64,000 nucleotides of DNA from Thermodesulfobacteriota bacterium (GCA_965215275.1 OZ244044.1:896001-960000); one strand, 5' to 3'. Positions 1 through 9,954 are shown, counted from the stretch's first letter. Numbers and translations: made by a program. Notes: a model not told the origin generated them from the letters alone.

Positions 1-1
1 A

Positions 2-1267
2 GAACCGGAAAATGCAAGTTTCTACAATAATCGCGGCAATTCATATTTTCATAAAAGGAATTATGCTCGTGCAATTGAAGATTATACGGAGTCAATAAAG
101 TTAAAACCAAATGATCCAGCATACAGCAACCGTGGCAGTGCATACAATGAAAAAGGAGATTATGACAGTGCGTTCCAAGACCTTATGAAAGTTGTTGATA
201 ATAAAGTATTAAAGTCAACATATCCGCTTGTTTATATAACTTCTAAAATTAAATACATAACTTCAGACCATGAAGAACAAAGCAAGCTATTTAAATATTT
301 CTCCAAATTGAGAACTGCAATAGAAAAAATACGAAAAAAAATATTTGATAAATCAAAAAACACTGAAGAGGTCGCACACTATACGTCTCTTCATGTGCTG
401 AAGTGTCTTGCTAACAAAAAGTCTTTTCGACTCTACAATGCAGCATATATGAACGACCCTGAAGAAGGGTGGATTCTTTTTGAGATAATGAAAGACAAAT
501 TTAAAATGGACGTGAAAGAATATTTCTACAAAAGAAATGCAGAAAAGTTCAATCTTTCTCCAGCATATATCGGCAGTTTTGTCGAAGTAACTCCGCCAAA
601 ACCGGAAAAAGACGAGTTGTTTTTCTGGTGCACGTACGGAAAACATGATAACGAAAAAGCGACGGGAACTTGTCTGATATTCAAAACAGGACAGTTTGCC
701 AAAGAAGTTTCTCAAGTAATAGGTACCATGTCCCAATTACAAGGAAATAAAAATACTGAATCAGAACAAAAGCCCCCACCAGAACTTTATAAAGTTTTCT
801 ATAAAAATGACATTGAATATGAAGAAGATATGTTAAAAGCTCTGGAAGAGTTAGCACTAGCGCTACCTCTTGAAGACATAAAGGAATTATGTGATAAACA
901 TGCAAACAAAAAAGAACTTATAATCAGACTTGTGCAGGAAATGCTTGACAGTATCCGTTTTCTCTTTAAAGCAAACCATTACAAAGAAGAGCGAGAGGTC
1001 CGAGTTGCTAAAATGTTTTATGATGTGAAACCTGAAGCAGCAGAATTAGAGCATACAGATGGTAAAGAACTATCTGAACATAAAGTTGACATGAAACAAA
1101 TCCCCCCGAGGTCTTATTTGGAAATGCCAAGTAATATCCTCCCCAGAGAAGTAATTCTCGGACCTAATTCAAGCAACATATCCAAATGGAGGCAATTGTT
1201 GAAGGAAAAAGGAATAAATGCTGAGGTTAAAAAATCTAATATTAAATTTGGGAACAATCGTCAATAA
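2..1267 (+). CDS. TPR-repeat + DUF2971-domain protein (5'-truncated by window edge)
   Basis: The frame of ORF 185..1267 is open back to position 2 and encodes TPR motifs (FYNNRGNSY..RNYARAIEDYTESIKLKP; AYSNRGSAYNEKGDYDSA). The C-terminal part has DUF2971 motifs HYTS, MNDPEEG, W.TYG and K...YKEEREVR. Confidence 0.75.
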   Translation, partial: EPENASFYNNRGNSYFHKRNYARAIEDYTESIKLKPNDPAYSNRGSAYNEKGDYDSAFQDLMKVVDNKVLKSTYPLVYITSKIKYITSDHEEQSKLFKYFSKLRTAIEKIRKKIFDKSKNTEEVAHYTSLHVLKCLANKKSFRLYNAAYMNDPEEGWILFEIMKDKFKMDVKEYFYKRNAEKFNLSPAYIGSFVEVTPPKPEKDELFFWCTYGKHDNEKATGTCLIFKTGQFAKEVSQVIGTMSQLQGNKNTESEQKPPPELYKVFYKNDIEYEEDMLKALEELALALPLEDIKELCDKHANKKELIIRLVQEMLDSIRFLFKANHYKEEREVRVAKMFYDVKPEAAELEHTDGKELSEHKVDMKQIPPRSYLEMPSNILPREVILGPNSSNISKWRQLLKEKGINAEVKKSNIKFGNNRQ

Positions 1268-1333
1268 TACAACTCAAAAACGATCAAGAAAACAAAAATT
1301 ATATACTTTAGTGCCGAAAACTAATATAACTAT

Positions 1334-2791
1334 TTAATTTTGCTGGTTGTTATTTTTTGCTTTGTCAGTGGTATTTTTCTGCTTGGGTTTATATGTTTCT
1401 ATATCCTGAATAATGTCATTCAGATCTGCCTTTACCCATTCGTGGGCTGCTTTGTACTTATTGAGAATATGTTTTTCTATCTCTCTGAACCGAAGAGTTA
1501 ACTTGCGGTATTCTATTTTAAAACCTCGGAAAGGTCCTGATGTTTGAAATACATTCAATCTCACTTCCAGGTTCATTGTTACTCCTACCTTGTACAACCC
1601 GGAAAACAGTGGATTTGATATTACATATACGAATTTTTTCTTTGGTGGAGATTTTTTTCTTTTTGGTAGATAAGTTAAATGGTTTATTTTTGCTTTATTC
1701 AATCTCTTTTTAGCTAACTTATATGCATCCTCGGTTATATCAATACCGATCCACCGCCTACCTAATTCCTCTGCGGTTTCACAAGTCGTTGCAAGTCCAC
1801 AAAACGGGTCCAAAACTACATCATCTTTATTTGAAGATGTTTTTATTATTCTTTCTAATAGAGCTAAAGGCTTCTGAGTTGAGTAGCCCAAATATTCGTT
1901 AGATTTAGAGTTCAGACTTGGTATTTCCCAGATATCTCCCAACGGCTTACCATGGTCTTCATCTGAATATTTTTTATAATATGGATGTTCTGTCTTTGTC
2001 CAGTAAATAAGATAAGGATTCTTTTTTATACGTTCATCAAAAGTTTCCTGAGTCCATGTCCAACCACGTTCAGAAATAACTCGCTTGCCTTGTATTACTC
2101 TGGCTTCACTACTATTACTTGGATTTGAATATTTCTCTAAAGGAATTTTTTTATAACGTCTACCGGTTTCTTTTTCTGTATGTGGAAATTCCTTTTCTCT
2201 TTCCTCATCAGAAAGTGGTTCATATTGTAAATTAAAATGAACTTTAGTCTTTCTCTTAGCATAAATGAATATACGGTCTGTAATCTCATCATAGCTAGAA
2301 TTTGAACTATTTGCGTCGTGTTTTTTCCACAAAATTTCATTAATAAACCTCTTTTCTCCAAATATGCGGTCTAACAGCAATTTTAAATAATGGCTTATGG
2401 CTGCATCACAGTGTAAATAGATTGAACCCGTGTTCTTCAACACTCTATGTATTTCTATTAACCTTATTGCCATATAGCATAGATAGCAGTAGATATCGGA
2501 CTTTTGACCTCCTTCCATCTTTTTCACACCTTCCAGGAACTTATATAAATCGTGATGGTCTTGATCTTCTTTAAATTCCTTGACCCACTCATCCTTAAAG
2601 TCTTCTTCCCTGAGTATATCCTTAAATTTTGATTTTCTTACACTGCGTTTAGTTGGAGCAGTAAACATACTTTTTTTATTAAACGGAGGGTCTAAATAAA
2701 CCAGATCTATACATTCATCGTTTATATTCTGTAATACTTCAAGATTATCGTGACAGAAAATGGTTCTGTTCTTTACGTTTAAATTTGCCAT
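1334..2791 (-). CDS. Beta-class N6A/N4C DNA methyltransferase fused to a C-terminal T5orf172/GIY-YIG nuclease domain
   Basis: YLDPPFN catalytic motif precedes YSTQKPLALLERII and the VLDPFCG SAM motif. The C-terminus FVYVISNP..GLYKVGVT.NLEVRL..FQTSGP is T5orf172-like. Confidence 0.85.
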   Translation of the reverse strand: MANLNVKNRTIFCHDNLEVLQNINDECIDLVYLDPPFNKKSMFTAPTKRSVRKSKFKDILREEDFKDEWVKEFKEDQDHHDLYKFLEGVKKMEGGQKSDIYCYLCYMAIRLIEIHRVLKNTGSIYLHCDAAISHYLKLLLDRIFGEKRFINEILWKKHDANSSNSSYDEITDRIFIYAKRKTKVHFNLQYEPLSDEEREKEFPHTEKETGRRYKKIPLEKYSNPSNSSEARVIQGKRVISERGWTWTQETFDERIKKNPYLIYWTKTEHPYYKKYSDEDHGKPLGDIWEIPSLNSKSNEYLGYSTQKPLALLERIIKTSSNKDDVVLDPFCGLATTCETAEELGRRWIGIDITEDAYKLAKKRLNKAKINHLTYLPKRKKSPPKKKFVYVISNPLFSGLYKVGVTMNLEVRLNVFQTSGPFRGFKIEYRKLTLRFREIEKHILNKYKAAHEWVKADLNDIIQDIETYKPKQKNTTDKAKNNNQQN

Positions 2792-2792
2792 T

Positions 2793-3130
2793 TTAACTGA
2801 GCAACTCCTTATACTTTATTTTCTTACTTCTTAACTCTTCAATCACATTAGAAAAATACATACATAAATTGACAGATATTTGTTCATGAACATGGTCATC
2901 CCAAGAACGTCTATTCTGAAACTTCACTCTAGAAGCTATACTGCCCGGTGCAGCACAAAATCCCTGATCGTTATTGAACGGCAGGTATATTGCTGTTAAA
3001 TTACAACTATTACTATTTATTGCTCGTAAAGGTCCTAAGTGAAATAAAGTTCTGTTATTCCAGTTAGGTGGTGTGATATTTGTTACAGGTTTTGTTGTGT
3101 GTGTGTGTGGGGGGGGGGGGGGATTCGCAT
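2793..3130 (-). pseudogene. Degenerate N-terminal fragment of a second DNA methyltransferase, out of frame with its ATG because of a poly-C tract
   Basis: Frame 3095->2793 reads PNWNNRTLFHLGPLRAINSNSCNLTAIYLPFN..KFQNRRSWDDHVH, a decayed NRTLFHGDNL..DPPFN..FQDRWSW. ATG 3130 to stop 2793 is 338 nt, one short of in-frame. Confidence 0.6.
3096..3122. repeat. Simple sequence repeat: (TG)7 overlapping a G14 run
   Basis: Read directly: TG repeats at 3096-3109, G run at 3109-3122. Confidence 0.95.
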
Positions 3131-3139
3131 TGTTATAAT

Positions 3140-3168
3140 ATTATACTTGTATCCCAACCGAATGTCAA
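3140..3168 (-). promoter_or_regulatory. Perfect-consensus sigma70 promoter TTGACA-N17-TATAAT
   Basis: + strand TGTCAA at 3163-3168 and ATTATA at 3140-3145 with a 17-nt spacer; points toward ATG 3130 and the methyltransferase. Confidence 0.8.
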
Positions 3169-3227
3169 CAGTATTTCCCTTTATGGCAGGTTATGTGTTT
3201 AATCCCTTTTAAGAACAGTATTGCAGC

Positions 3228-3521
3228 CTACTAGTCTAAATGACAATTCTACTGGTCTAAATGACAATTCTACTGGTCTAAATGACAATTCTACTGGTCT
3301 AAATGACAATTCTACTGGTCTAAATGACAATTCTACTGGTCTAAATGACAATTCTACTGGTCTAAATGACAATTCTACTGGTCTAAATGACAATTCTACT
3401 GGTCTAAATGACAATTCTACTGGTCTAAATGACAATTCTACTGGTCTAAATGACAATTCTACTGGTCTAAATGACAATTCTACTGGTCTAAATGACAATT
3501 CTACTGGTCTAAATGACAATT
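3228..3521. repeat. Tandem repeat, 14 x 21 bp (CTACTGGTCTAAATGACAATT)
   Basis: 294 nt = 14 units. The first unit has one G>A change; there are no spacers. Confidence 0.97.
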
Positions 3522-3553
3522 CTGCTGTTCATAAGTGGCATTTCAGCAAACAA

Positions 3554-4465
3554 CTACATAAAAATAACCTTATCCACCGGTAATTCAGGATGCACTGCAA
3601 TATCAATTACCAAAGAGAGCATTACTGCAAGCATATAAATTATGGACGCCGTAAACGCCTCTCCATAGCTCTTACCGTCATAAACGCTTTTTACGACCTT
3701 GTATTCAAAGTAGGAACCCACTATCAATGCAAATATAGCAAAATAAGCAGATGCTAAACCCGTCAGCCAGAAAGAAAGAGTTAAAGGGATCAAGGTCAAT
3801 GAATATAAAAGTATCAATATATTCGTATACCTGGCACCAAAAGCCACGGGCATTACAGGTATTCCGGCCTGCTTATACTGATCCTTGTACTTCTGTGCAA
3901 GTGCCCAGAAATGAGGAGGCTGCCACAGCATCATAAAGATAAAAAGAATAAGCACGTTAAGATCAAGTTCAGGACTGACGGCACTGTAACCGATCAGTAC
4001 CGGTAACGCTCCAGGGATACCTCCGAGTATAGTTCCAAAAGGGGAATTCCTTTTTAAAAAAAGCGTATAGAGGATCGTATAACTCAGTACGGCAAGAAGG
4101 ATCAGAACTGCATTTACGTAATTTAAATAGTAAAGAGAGATAAACAGTGAAACAAGTATCATCAAAACGGAAACCGTCAGAACGTTAGTGGTACCCAGCG
4201 TCTCCAGAGCCTCCACGCGGCTTGTCAGCCTTTCCATCTTTTTATCTATGTTCCTGTCAAGAAGGTTGTTCAGAACCGCGGAACCTGCAGCACTTAACAG
4301 CAGGGATATTATCCCGAACAGCGTAAAGTAGAGCGACGGTATGCCCTTTGCAGCTATCACCATACCGGTGTAACCCGTGAACGCCACGCTCGTTATTATT
4401 CCCGGCTTGGAAAGCAGGAGGGCGGAGACGGCGATCTTGCCCGGGCTGGTCCTTGGTTTTTCCAT
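3554..4465 (-). CDS. ctaB: Protoheme IX farnesyltransferase (heme O synthase)
   Basis: KPGI, NNLLDRNIDKKMERL, YTLFLKR, GALPVLIG and WQPPHFWAL motifs; located in the oxidase cluster. Confidence 0.95.
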   Translation of the reverse strand: MEKPRTSPGKIAVSALLLSKPGIITSVAFTGYTGMVIAAKGIPSLYFTLFGIISLLLSAAGSAVLNNLLDRNIDKKMERLTSRVEALETLGTTNVLTVSVLMILVSLFISLYYLNYVNAVLILLAVLSYTILYTLFLKRNSPFGTILGGIPGALPVLIGYSAVSPELDLNVLILFIFMMLWQPPHFWALAQKYKDQYKQAGIPVMPVAFGARYTNILILLYSLTLIPLTLSFWLTGLASAYFAIFALIVGSYFEYKVVKSVYDGKSYGEAFTASIIYMLAVMLSLVIDIAVHPELPVDKVIFM

Positions 4466-5328
4466 CAGTCACTTCTGTAAGACAGTTTTTCCAGATATTT
4501 AAACCAGATAAACAAGGTCAGACAAAGTATTATCAGTCCGGTCGAAAGATGAAGTGCTGTTATATAAAAAGCCAGCTTGCTCAGTACCACGAACATGCCC
4601 AGTGCTATCTGAACGAAGATAAACAGAAGTATCAGCTTTAAATACGGGACCGCCAGTTCATATGCCTTTCTGCTCCGGGACAGTATAAAGAGTATCAGAA
4701 AGACCGCACAGATAATATAGGCAGCTACCCTGTGAGAAAAATGTATCAGGACGGGACCGGTCAACGACGGAGGTATCCAGAATCCGAGACACTTTGGAAA
4801 ATCAGGACAGGCAAGACCCGCGGAAGAGTGCCTTACATAGGCACCAAGTATCGACTGGACAGTTATCAGGACACAGAGTACAAAGAATATCCCGGCAGGT
4901 CCGGACAGATCGAACTTCGGCTTTCTTGCCTCGCCGTCAAAGAAAGCCATATAGAACGTAAGTGAAAAGATGATCACGGCGTTGGCAAAATGCAGCGTCG
5001 TAAGATCTACCGGCAGTTTAAAAAGCACCACAAGTCCGCCCAGAACTATCTGTATGAGCAGTAACAGAACGCACGCAACGGGAACCAGCTTAAAATACGA
5101 CGTGTACCTTATCAGCCTTTTATAGCTCAAGGCTATGATCAGAATGGAGGTCAGGCCGCCGATCACCCTGTGAAGGAACTCCAGATATATATCCCATCTG
5201 AACGGAGGTATGTACTCCCCGTAGCACAGCGGCCAGTCAGGACATGCAAGGCCTACCTTAAGACCCGCCACTACGTTTCCCCAGACCAACAGTATAAAAA
5301 GTGCCACGAGGGCTGCTTTAGCAAGCAT
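4465..5328 (-). CDS. ctaA: Heme A synthase (COX15/CtaA)
   Basis: GLACPDWPLC, EFLHR, LQIVLGGLVV, second GLACPDFPKC and HR motifs. Confidence 0.93.
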   Translation of the reverse strand: MLAKAALVALFILLVWGNVVAGLKVGLACPDWPLCYGEYIPPFRWDIYLEFLHRVIGGLTSILIIALSYKRLIRYTSYFKLVPVACVLLLLIQIVLGGLVVLFKLPVDLTTLHFANAVIIFSLTFYMAFFDGEARKPKFDLSGPAGIFFVLCVLITVQSILGAYVRHSSAGLACPDFPKCLGFWIPPSLTGPVLIHFSHRVAAYIICAVFLILFILSRSRKAYELAVPYLKLILLFIFVQIALGMFVVLSKLAFYITALHLSTGLIILCLTLFIWFKYLEKLSYRSD

Positions 5329-5329
5329 A

Positions 5330-5650
5330 CTAAGAAATAGCCGGAACTCTTGTAAAAACCTCCATGATCGTCGTTACGATCAGAAGGATAAGCAGGAACA
5401 CGGGATAAATAGCGTAAACCCAGGTCAGTTTATCCTCGAATTTCAGATGCATGAAGTAGTAGGCAACTATCGAGGCCTTAACGGAAGCGATCACCATTGC
5501 AATTATTAGATTAATGACCCTGCCAAGGTCTATCTCAAGAGCGGTATAAACGGTCACGGCGGTCAGGATGGTAAGGGCCAGCCAGACTATGATCAAGGTA
5601 GAAGGACCTATCTCATGATGATCTTTACTGTCGTGTGTGTCAGTGCTCAT
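5330..5650 (-). CDS. ctaF: Cytochrome c oxidase subunit IV
   Basis: Three TM helices and KASIVAYYFMHLKFE motif. Confidence 0.9.
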   Translation of the reverse strand: MSTDTHDSKDHHEIGPSTLIIVWLALTILTAVTVYTALEIDLGRVINLIIAMVIASVKASIVAYYFMHLKFEDKLTWVYAIYPVFLLILLIVTTIMEVFTRVPAIS

Positions 5651-5662
5651 TGTTCCTCCCGT

Positions 5663-6262
5663 CTAACCAATTAAATAAAGAAGCGGAAACAGATATATCC
5701 ATATCAGATCAACCAGATGCCAGTACAGGCCGCCGACCTCGACCGGCGTGTAGTACTCTTTGCTGAACTTTCCCTTATGTGCAAGGAACGCCACCACGGC
5801 CAGAATAACTATACCGGCGAACACGTGAAGCATATGAAGACCCGTCATCAGGAAGTAAAGTGCAAAGAATATGTTCGTGCCGGGATATATATGATGGCTG
5901 AACTTGGCACCATATTCAAAGTACTTAACTCCCCCGAACGCAAGTCCGCAGAGGATCGTAATCACCATGAACAGAACGACCTTTTTACTGTCGCCCCTCT
6001 TGGCGGCCCAGACCGCTATTGCCATGGTCATACTGCTGAAAATAAGAATAACGGTATTTATCGCCCCTTTTGTAACGTCCAGTTTTTCATGCTGCTCAAT
6101 GAACATCTCCGGGAACTTGGCCCTGAAGATCGCATAAGCGGCGAACAGACCTCCGAAAAGAAGTATCTCCGTTCCCAGGAATAACCACATCCCGAGCTTG
6201 GATGAATTGTATTCAACTACCGGGTCCAGTTCATGTTCCGTATGATGAGCAGTTTGTTCCAT
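5663..6262 (-). CDS. ctaE: Cytochrome c oxidase subunit III
   Basis: LGMWLFLGTEILLFGGLF, TGLHMLHV and GLYWHLVDLIWIYLFPLLYL motifs. Confidence 0.95.
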   Translation of the reverse strand: MEQTAHHTEHELDPVVEYNSSKLGMWLFLGTEILLFGGLFAAYAIFRAKFPEMFIEQHEKLDVTKGAINTVILIFSSMTMAIAVWAAKRGDSKKVVLFMVITILCGLAFGGVKYFEYGAKFSHHIYPGTNIFFALYFLMTGLHMLHVFAGIVILAVVAFLAHKGKFSKEYYTPVEVGGLYWHLVDLIWIYLFPLLYLIG

Positions 6263-6287
6263 TTTACATTAAAGCCCCTTTTCCTTT

Positions 6288-7895
6288 TTAGCTTGGTCTC
6301 TTTCCATATCCGTAAGTCCAGTCGTTAACGACAGGTATTTCATCAAAGTTCTCATGCGGCGGGGGAGAAGCCATCTGCCACTCCAGGGACAGTGAACCGT
6401 ATGAATTATCCGGAGCCTTCTCCTTACTGAAAAGACAGGCGATGAGATTGACCGTCATCAGGAACACGCCCACTGCCAGTATCCATGAACCGTACGTTGA
6501 GAGTTCATGAAGGCTCTGGAACTCAGCAGGATAGCTGGCGTACCTTCTCGGCATTCCCTGCATCCCCATAAAGAACTGAGGAAAGAACGTAACGTTAAAA
6601 CCCACAAAGATCAGAAACCACGAGATCTTGGCGGTCAGTTCATTATAGACCTTTCCGAACCATTTCTGATACCAGAAGTGAAGGGCACCAAAAAAGCCGA
6701 ACACCGTCCCGCCTATCATCACGTAGTGCATGTGAGCGACCACGAAGTACGTGTCATGCAGATGAACGTCCACTGCAAGTGCACCCAGGTAAACACCCGT
6801 CAGTCCTCCCACGGTGAACAGGAATATAAAGGAAAGTGCATAAAGCATAGGTGACTCCAGCGAGATCGAACCCTTATACAGGGTCGCCACCCAGTTGAAC
6901 ACCTTTATCGCAGTCGGAATGGCCACGAGCATGGTCAGGAAAGAGAATATAGCGGCAGCGGTCTGCGATATACCGCTTACGAACAGGTGATGAAGCCACA
7001 CGAAGAAACTTATTATAGCTATTGCAAAACTCGAATAGGCGATCGCCTTGTATCCGAAGATCGGCTTTCTGGCAAAGACGGGAATGATCTCCGATATGAT
7101 GCCGAACGCGGGTATGACCATAATGTAGACCGCCGGATGCGAATAGAACCAGAAGAAGTTCTGGAACAGTATAGGGTCCCCTCCCTTTGCCGGATCAAAA
7201 AATCCTATGTCCAGCACTCTTTCAGCTATAAGCAGCAGAAGCGTGATACCTACCACCGGGGTTGCCAAGAGCTGCAGTATCGCCGTGGCGTAAGAGGCCC
7301 ATATGAACAGCGGCAGCCTTCCCCAGGTCATACCGGGAGCACGCAGTTTATGTATAGTGACTATGAAGTTAAGTCCGGTCAGGATGGACGAAAAGCCCAG
7401 TACGAACACCCCCAGAGTTATCAGCACCACATCCGTACGGCTCTGAACGCTGTAAGGTGTATAGAACGTCCATCCGGTATCCGCCGGCTGAAGCAAGGCA
7501 AAGAGCAGAATAAGGGTACCAAGAAGATACACCCAGTAGCTTCCAAGGTTCAGCTTCGGAAAGGCAACGTCCCGTGCACCTATCATGAGCGGTATGAGGA
7601 AGTTACCCAGACTGGCCGCAACTCCCGGAACGATAAAAAAGAACACCATAAGTGAACCGTGCATGGTAAAAAAGACGTTATAGGTGTCCTGACTTACAAA
7701 GTCCGCCTCCGGGGTCAGCAGTTCATACCTCATTAAAAGTGCAAAAACTCCCGCAACGAGAAAAAAGAAGGAGATCGTAAGCAGATATAAAATGCCTATA
7801 CGTTTGTGATCGGTGGTCAGCATCCACGATCTGAACCCTCTCGGTTCGTAAAACGAAGGCTGACTTACTGCTTCACCAGCTGCGCTGTTTGCCAT
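6288..7895 (-). CDS. ctaD: Cytochrome c oxidase subunit I, A2 type
   Basis: TTDHKRIGILY, FWFYSHPAVY (the YS motif marks type A2), WLHH, HDTYFVVAHMHY and GMPRRY. Confidence 0.97.
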   Translation of the reverse strand: MANSAAGEAVSQPSFYEPRGFRSWMLTTDHKRIGILYLLTISFFFLVAGVFALLMRYELLTPEADFVSQDTYNVFFTMHGSLMVFFFIVPGVAASLGNFLIPLMIGARDVAFPKLNLGSYWVYLLGTLILLFALLQPADTGWTFYTPYSVQSRTDVVLITLGVFVLGFSSILTGLNFIVTIHKLRAPGMTWGRLPLFIWASYATAILQLLATPVVGITLLLLIAERVLDIGFFDPAKGGDPILFQNFFWFYSHPAVYIMVIPAFGIISEIIPVFARKPIFGYKAIAYSSFAIAIISFFVWLHHLFVSGISQTAAAIFSFLTMLVAIPTAIKVFNWVATLYKGSISLESPMLYALSFIFLFTVGGLTGVYLGALAVDVHLHDTYFVVAHMHYVMIGGTVFGFFGALHFWYQKWFGKVYNELTAKISWFLIFVGFNVTFFPQFFMGMQGMPRRYASYPAEFQSLHELSTYGSWILAVGVFLMTVNLIACLFSKEKAPDNSYGSLSLEWQMASPPPHENFDEIPVVNDWTYGYGKRPS

Positions 7896-7913
7896 AGTGC
7901 TCCTCCCTTGTAT

Positions 7914-8858
7914 TTATTTGAGGGTTTTAATGTATTCAATGACATGAGTAATTTCCTCATCACTTAATATACCTTTAAAAGAGGGCATAACTGGTGCATA
8001 TCCCTCTACCATTTGTTCATTGGGATTTAAAATGGATTCCCTTATATAGTTTTCGTCCACGACCACGATGTCCCCGCTCTGCAGCCTTTCGGTCGTGCCG
8101 AAGACGGCTTTAAACGTAGGTCCTACCCCAGCCGACCCGTCAATGCTGTGACAGGCACCGCAGCCCCTGTTGTCGTACAGTCTGCGACCGCTCTCGGCAG
8201 GTGACAGGCTAACCGACAGCATATCCCCGGATTCTATCCCAGTGCCTTTGTCCCATATGGCAAAGGCTTCAGGGCTCAGTACCTTGACCCTGGCGACCAT
8301 ATTGGAATGGCTCGTTCCGCAGTACTCGGCACAGAAAAGGTCGAATGTCCCGACCTTCGTGGGAGTAAACCACAACTGCGAGTAAACGCCGGGAAGAATG
8401 TCCTGTTTTACCCTGAAATCAGGTACGAAAAAACTGTGGATCACGTCCTCCGATCTCATGACCATCTTCACGGGAACGTTCTGCTGGACGTAAAGTTCGT
8501 TAATGGTCTTTCTGCCGTTGTAATAGTCAAACTCCCAGAGCCACTGTCTTGCGGTAACGTTCACCTCAATGGCGTCTGCGGGCGGGTTGCGCATCTCCCT
8601 GAACTGAAGGTATCCCCATGCAAAGATGACCATAAGGATAACCGAAGGGATAATGGTCCATATGACCTCAAGCATCTCGTTGCCGGTAATGTACGGCGTT
8701 TCATCGCTGTCGGACCTTCTTCTGTACTTTATCGCGAAAAACACTAAAAAAGCCGATATAAGAAAGAAGAAGAAAACCGATATAACGGTTACGAACAGGA
8801 TTACATTATCTACTCCACTGGCCAAATTGGATGCATTATCAGGTAACCAGTCAAACAT
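7914..8858 (-). CDS. ctaC: Cytochrome c oxidase subunit II with fused cytochrome c (caa3 type)
   Basis: DVIHSF, CAEYCGTSHSNM CuA site and C-terminal CGACH heme motif. Confidence 0.96.
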   Translation of the reverse strand: MFDWLPDNASNLASGVDNVILFVTVISVFFFFLISAFLVFFAIKYRRRSDSDETPYITGNEMLEVIWTIIPSVILMVIFAWGYLQFREMRNPPADAIEVNVTARQWLWEFDYYNGRKTINELYVQQNVPVKMVMRSEDVIHSFFVPDFRVKQDILPGVYSQLWFTPTKVGTFDLFCAEYCGTSHSNMVARVKVLSPEAFAIWDKGTGIESGDMLSVSLSPAESGRRLYDNRGCGACHSIDGSAGVGPTFKAVFGTTERLQSGDIVVVDENYIRESILNPNEQMVEGYAPVMPSFKGILSDEEITHVIEYIKTLK

Positions 8859-8900
8859 CGTTAATCAATCAACCTCAACTTTATAAAGATATATAAGTAA

Positions 8901-9755
8901 TTAATTCGTCTTTTTTTCTCTTATCCAGAAAAAAGCAAGAAAACCGGATAAAGCGAACAAGGTAACCATTCCACCGGCTTTTACAATATTAAGCGCCTTA
9001 AGTGCATATTTTTTCCCGACGGGATCGAACTGATAGCAGAAGAGAAGCACCCTGTTGCTCAGTGAATTCTTACCGATCTTGCCATCAGACGCCTCTATAA
9101 GTGCCAGTTTATAATCCCGGGGATCATGCTGAATTCCGTACAGGTATCGTGATATCCTGCCTTCAGGGGTAAGAACGATCAGAGCGGAAGGGTGCGCAAA
9201 TTCATGACCATCCTTTATGAACTTATATCCCATCGAGCCCGTCAGCTCTATTATACTGTCCTTATCTCCGGTCAGGAAAGTCCAGCCTGAATCCGAACCC
9301 CCGGAGCGTTCCGCAAGTTCGTCAAGATACTTCTGCGACCTGCTCTTTGCGAGCAGATGGTCATCTTCCGGGTTAAAACTTATCGACAGTACCCTGTAGT
9401 CCGTACCCGTTCTGAAGTCCCTGGATCCCTGTATGGCCTTGCTCATGCCCTCAAGTGCAAAACCGCACACCCGCGGACAGCTCAGGTACATCATGTTTAT
9501 CACTACCGGCTTATCATCAAAATAGCTTCCCAGAGTAACGGCCTTACCGTTATGGTCCGTAAAGACAAGGTCCAGGTTTATGGCCTCGTTCAGCTTTTCA
9601 TCGATCCCCACAAGGGAAACGTCCTTTACGTTGGAAAGTCCATGGGCGCCTGAACCCGCAAGCGTCGCACAGAAAAAAGCGATCAGCAAAATACTCAATA
9701 TCCGTAAAGAATTAAGATCAAACATGTGTTTCGAACCAGTACCATCAGATAACAA
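8901..9755 (-). CDS. SCO/SenC-family copper chaperone (start may be the downstream ATG of MFDLN)
   Basis: CPRVC (CxxxC), FAHPS, ISRYLYG and LLFCYQFDP; first gene of the oxidase cluster. Confidence 0.9.
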   Translation of the reverse strand: MLSDGTGSKHMFDLNSLRILSILLIAFFCATLAGSGAHGLSNVKDVSLVGIDEKLNEAINLDLVFTDHNGKAVTLGSYFDDKPVVINMMYLSCPRVCGFALEGMSKAIQGSRDFRTGTDYRVLSISFNPEDDHLLAKSRSQKYLDELAERSGGSDSGWTFLTGDKDSIIELTGSMGYKFIKDGHEFAHPSALIVLTPEGRISRYLYGIQHDPRDYKLALIEASDGKIGKNSLSNRVLLFCYQFDPVGKKYALKALNIVKAGGMVTLFALSGFLAFFWIREKKTN

Positions 9756-9954
9756 AACTTAAATCACCTCAGCGATCCGGTTCTTACCTTACCTTATCTG
9801 AAACTTGCCGGCCGATACTGTCCCCCTCTCTCACCAGACCGGACATATTATGCGTATAATTTATCCGAGATGACGACGCTGTCAAGTAAAAACAGCAGGA
9901 ACCGGACGGACAGGACCCATCAGCCCGTCCGTGTCAGCCGTGAACCCTTTCCTT

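Noticed and set aside
3228..3521. CRISPR array, or real proteins from ORFs 3199..3519 and 3221..3583
   Set aside because: Units abut with no spacers and no cas genes are present. The ORFs are by-products of a repeat length divisible by 3 and lack a clear RBS.
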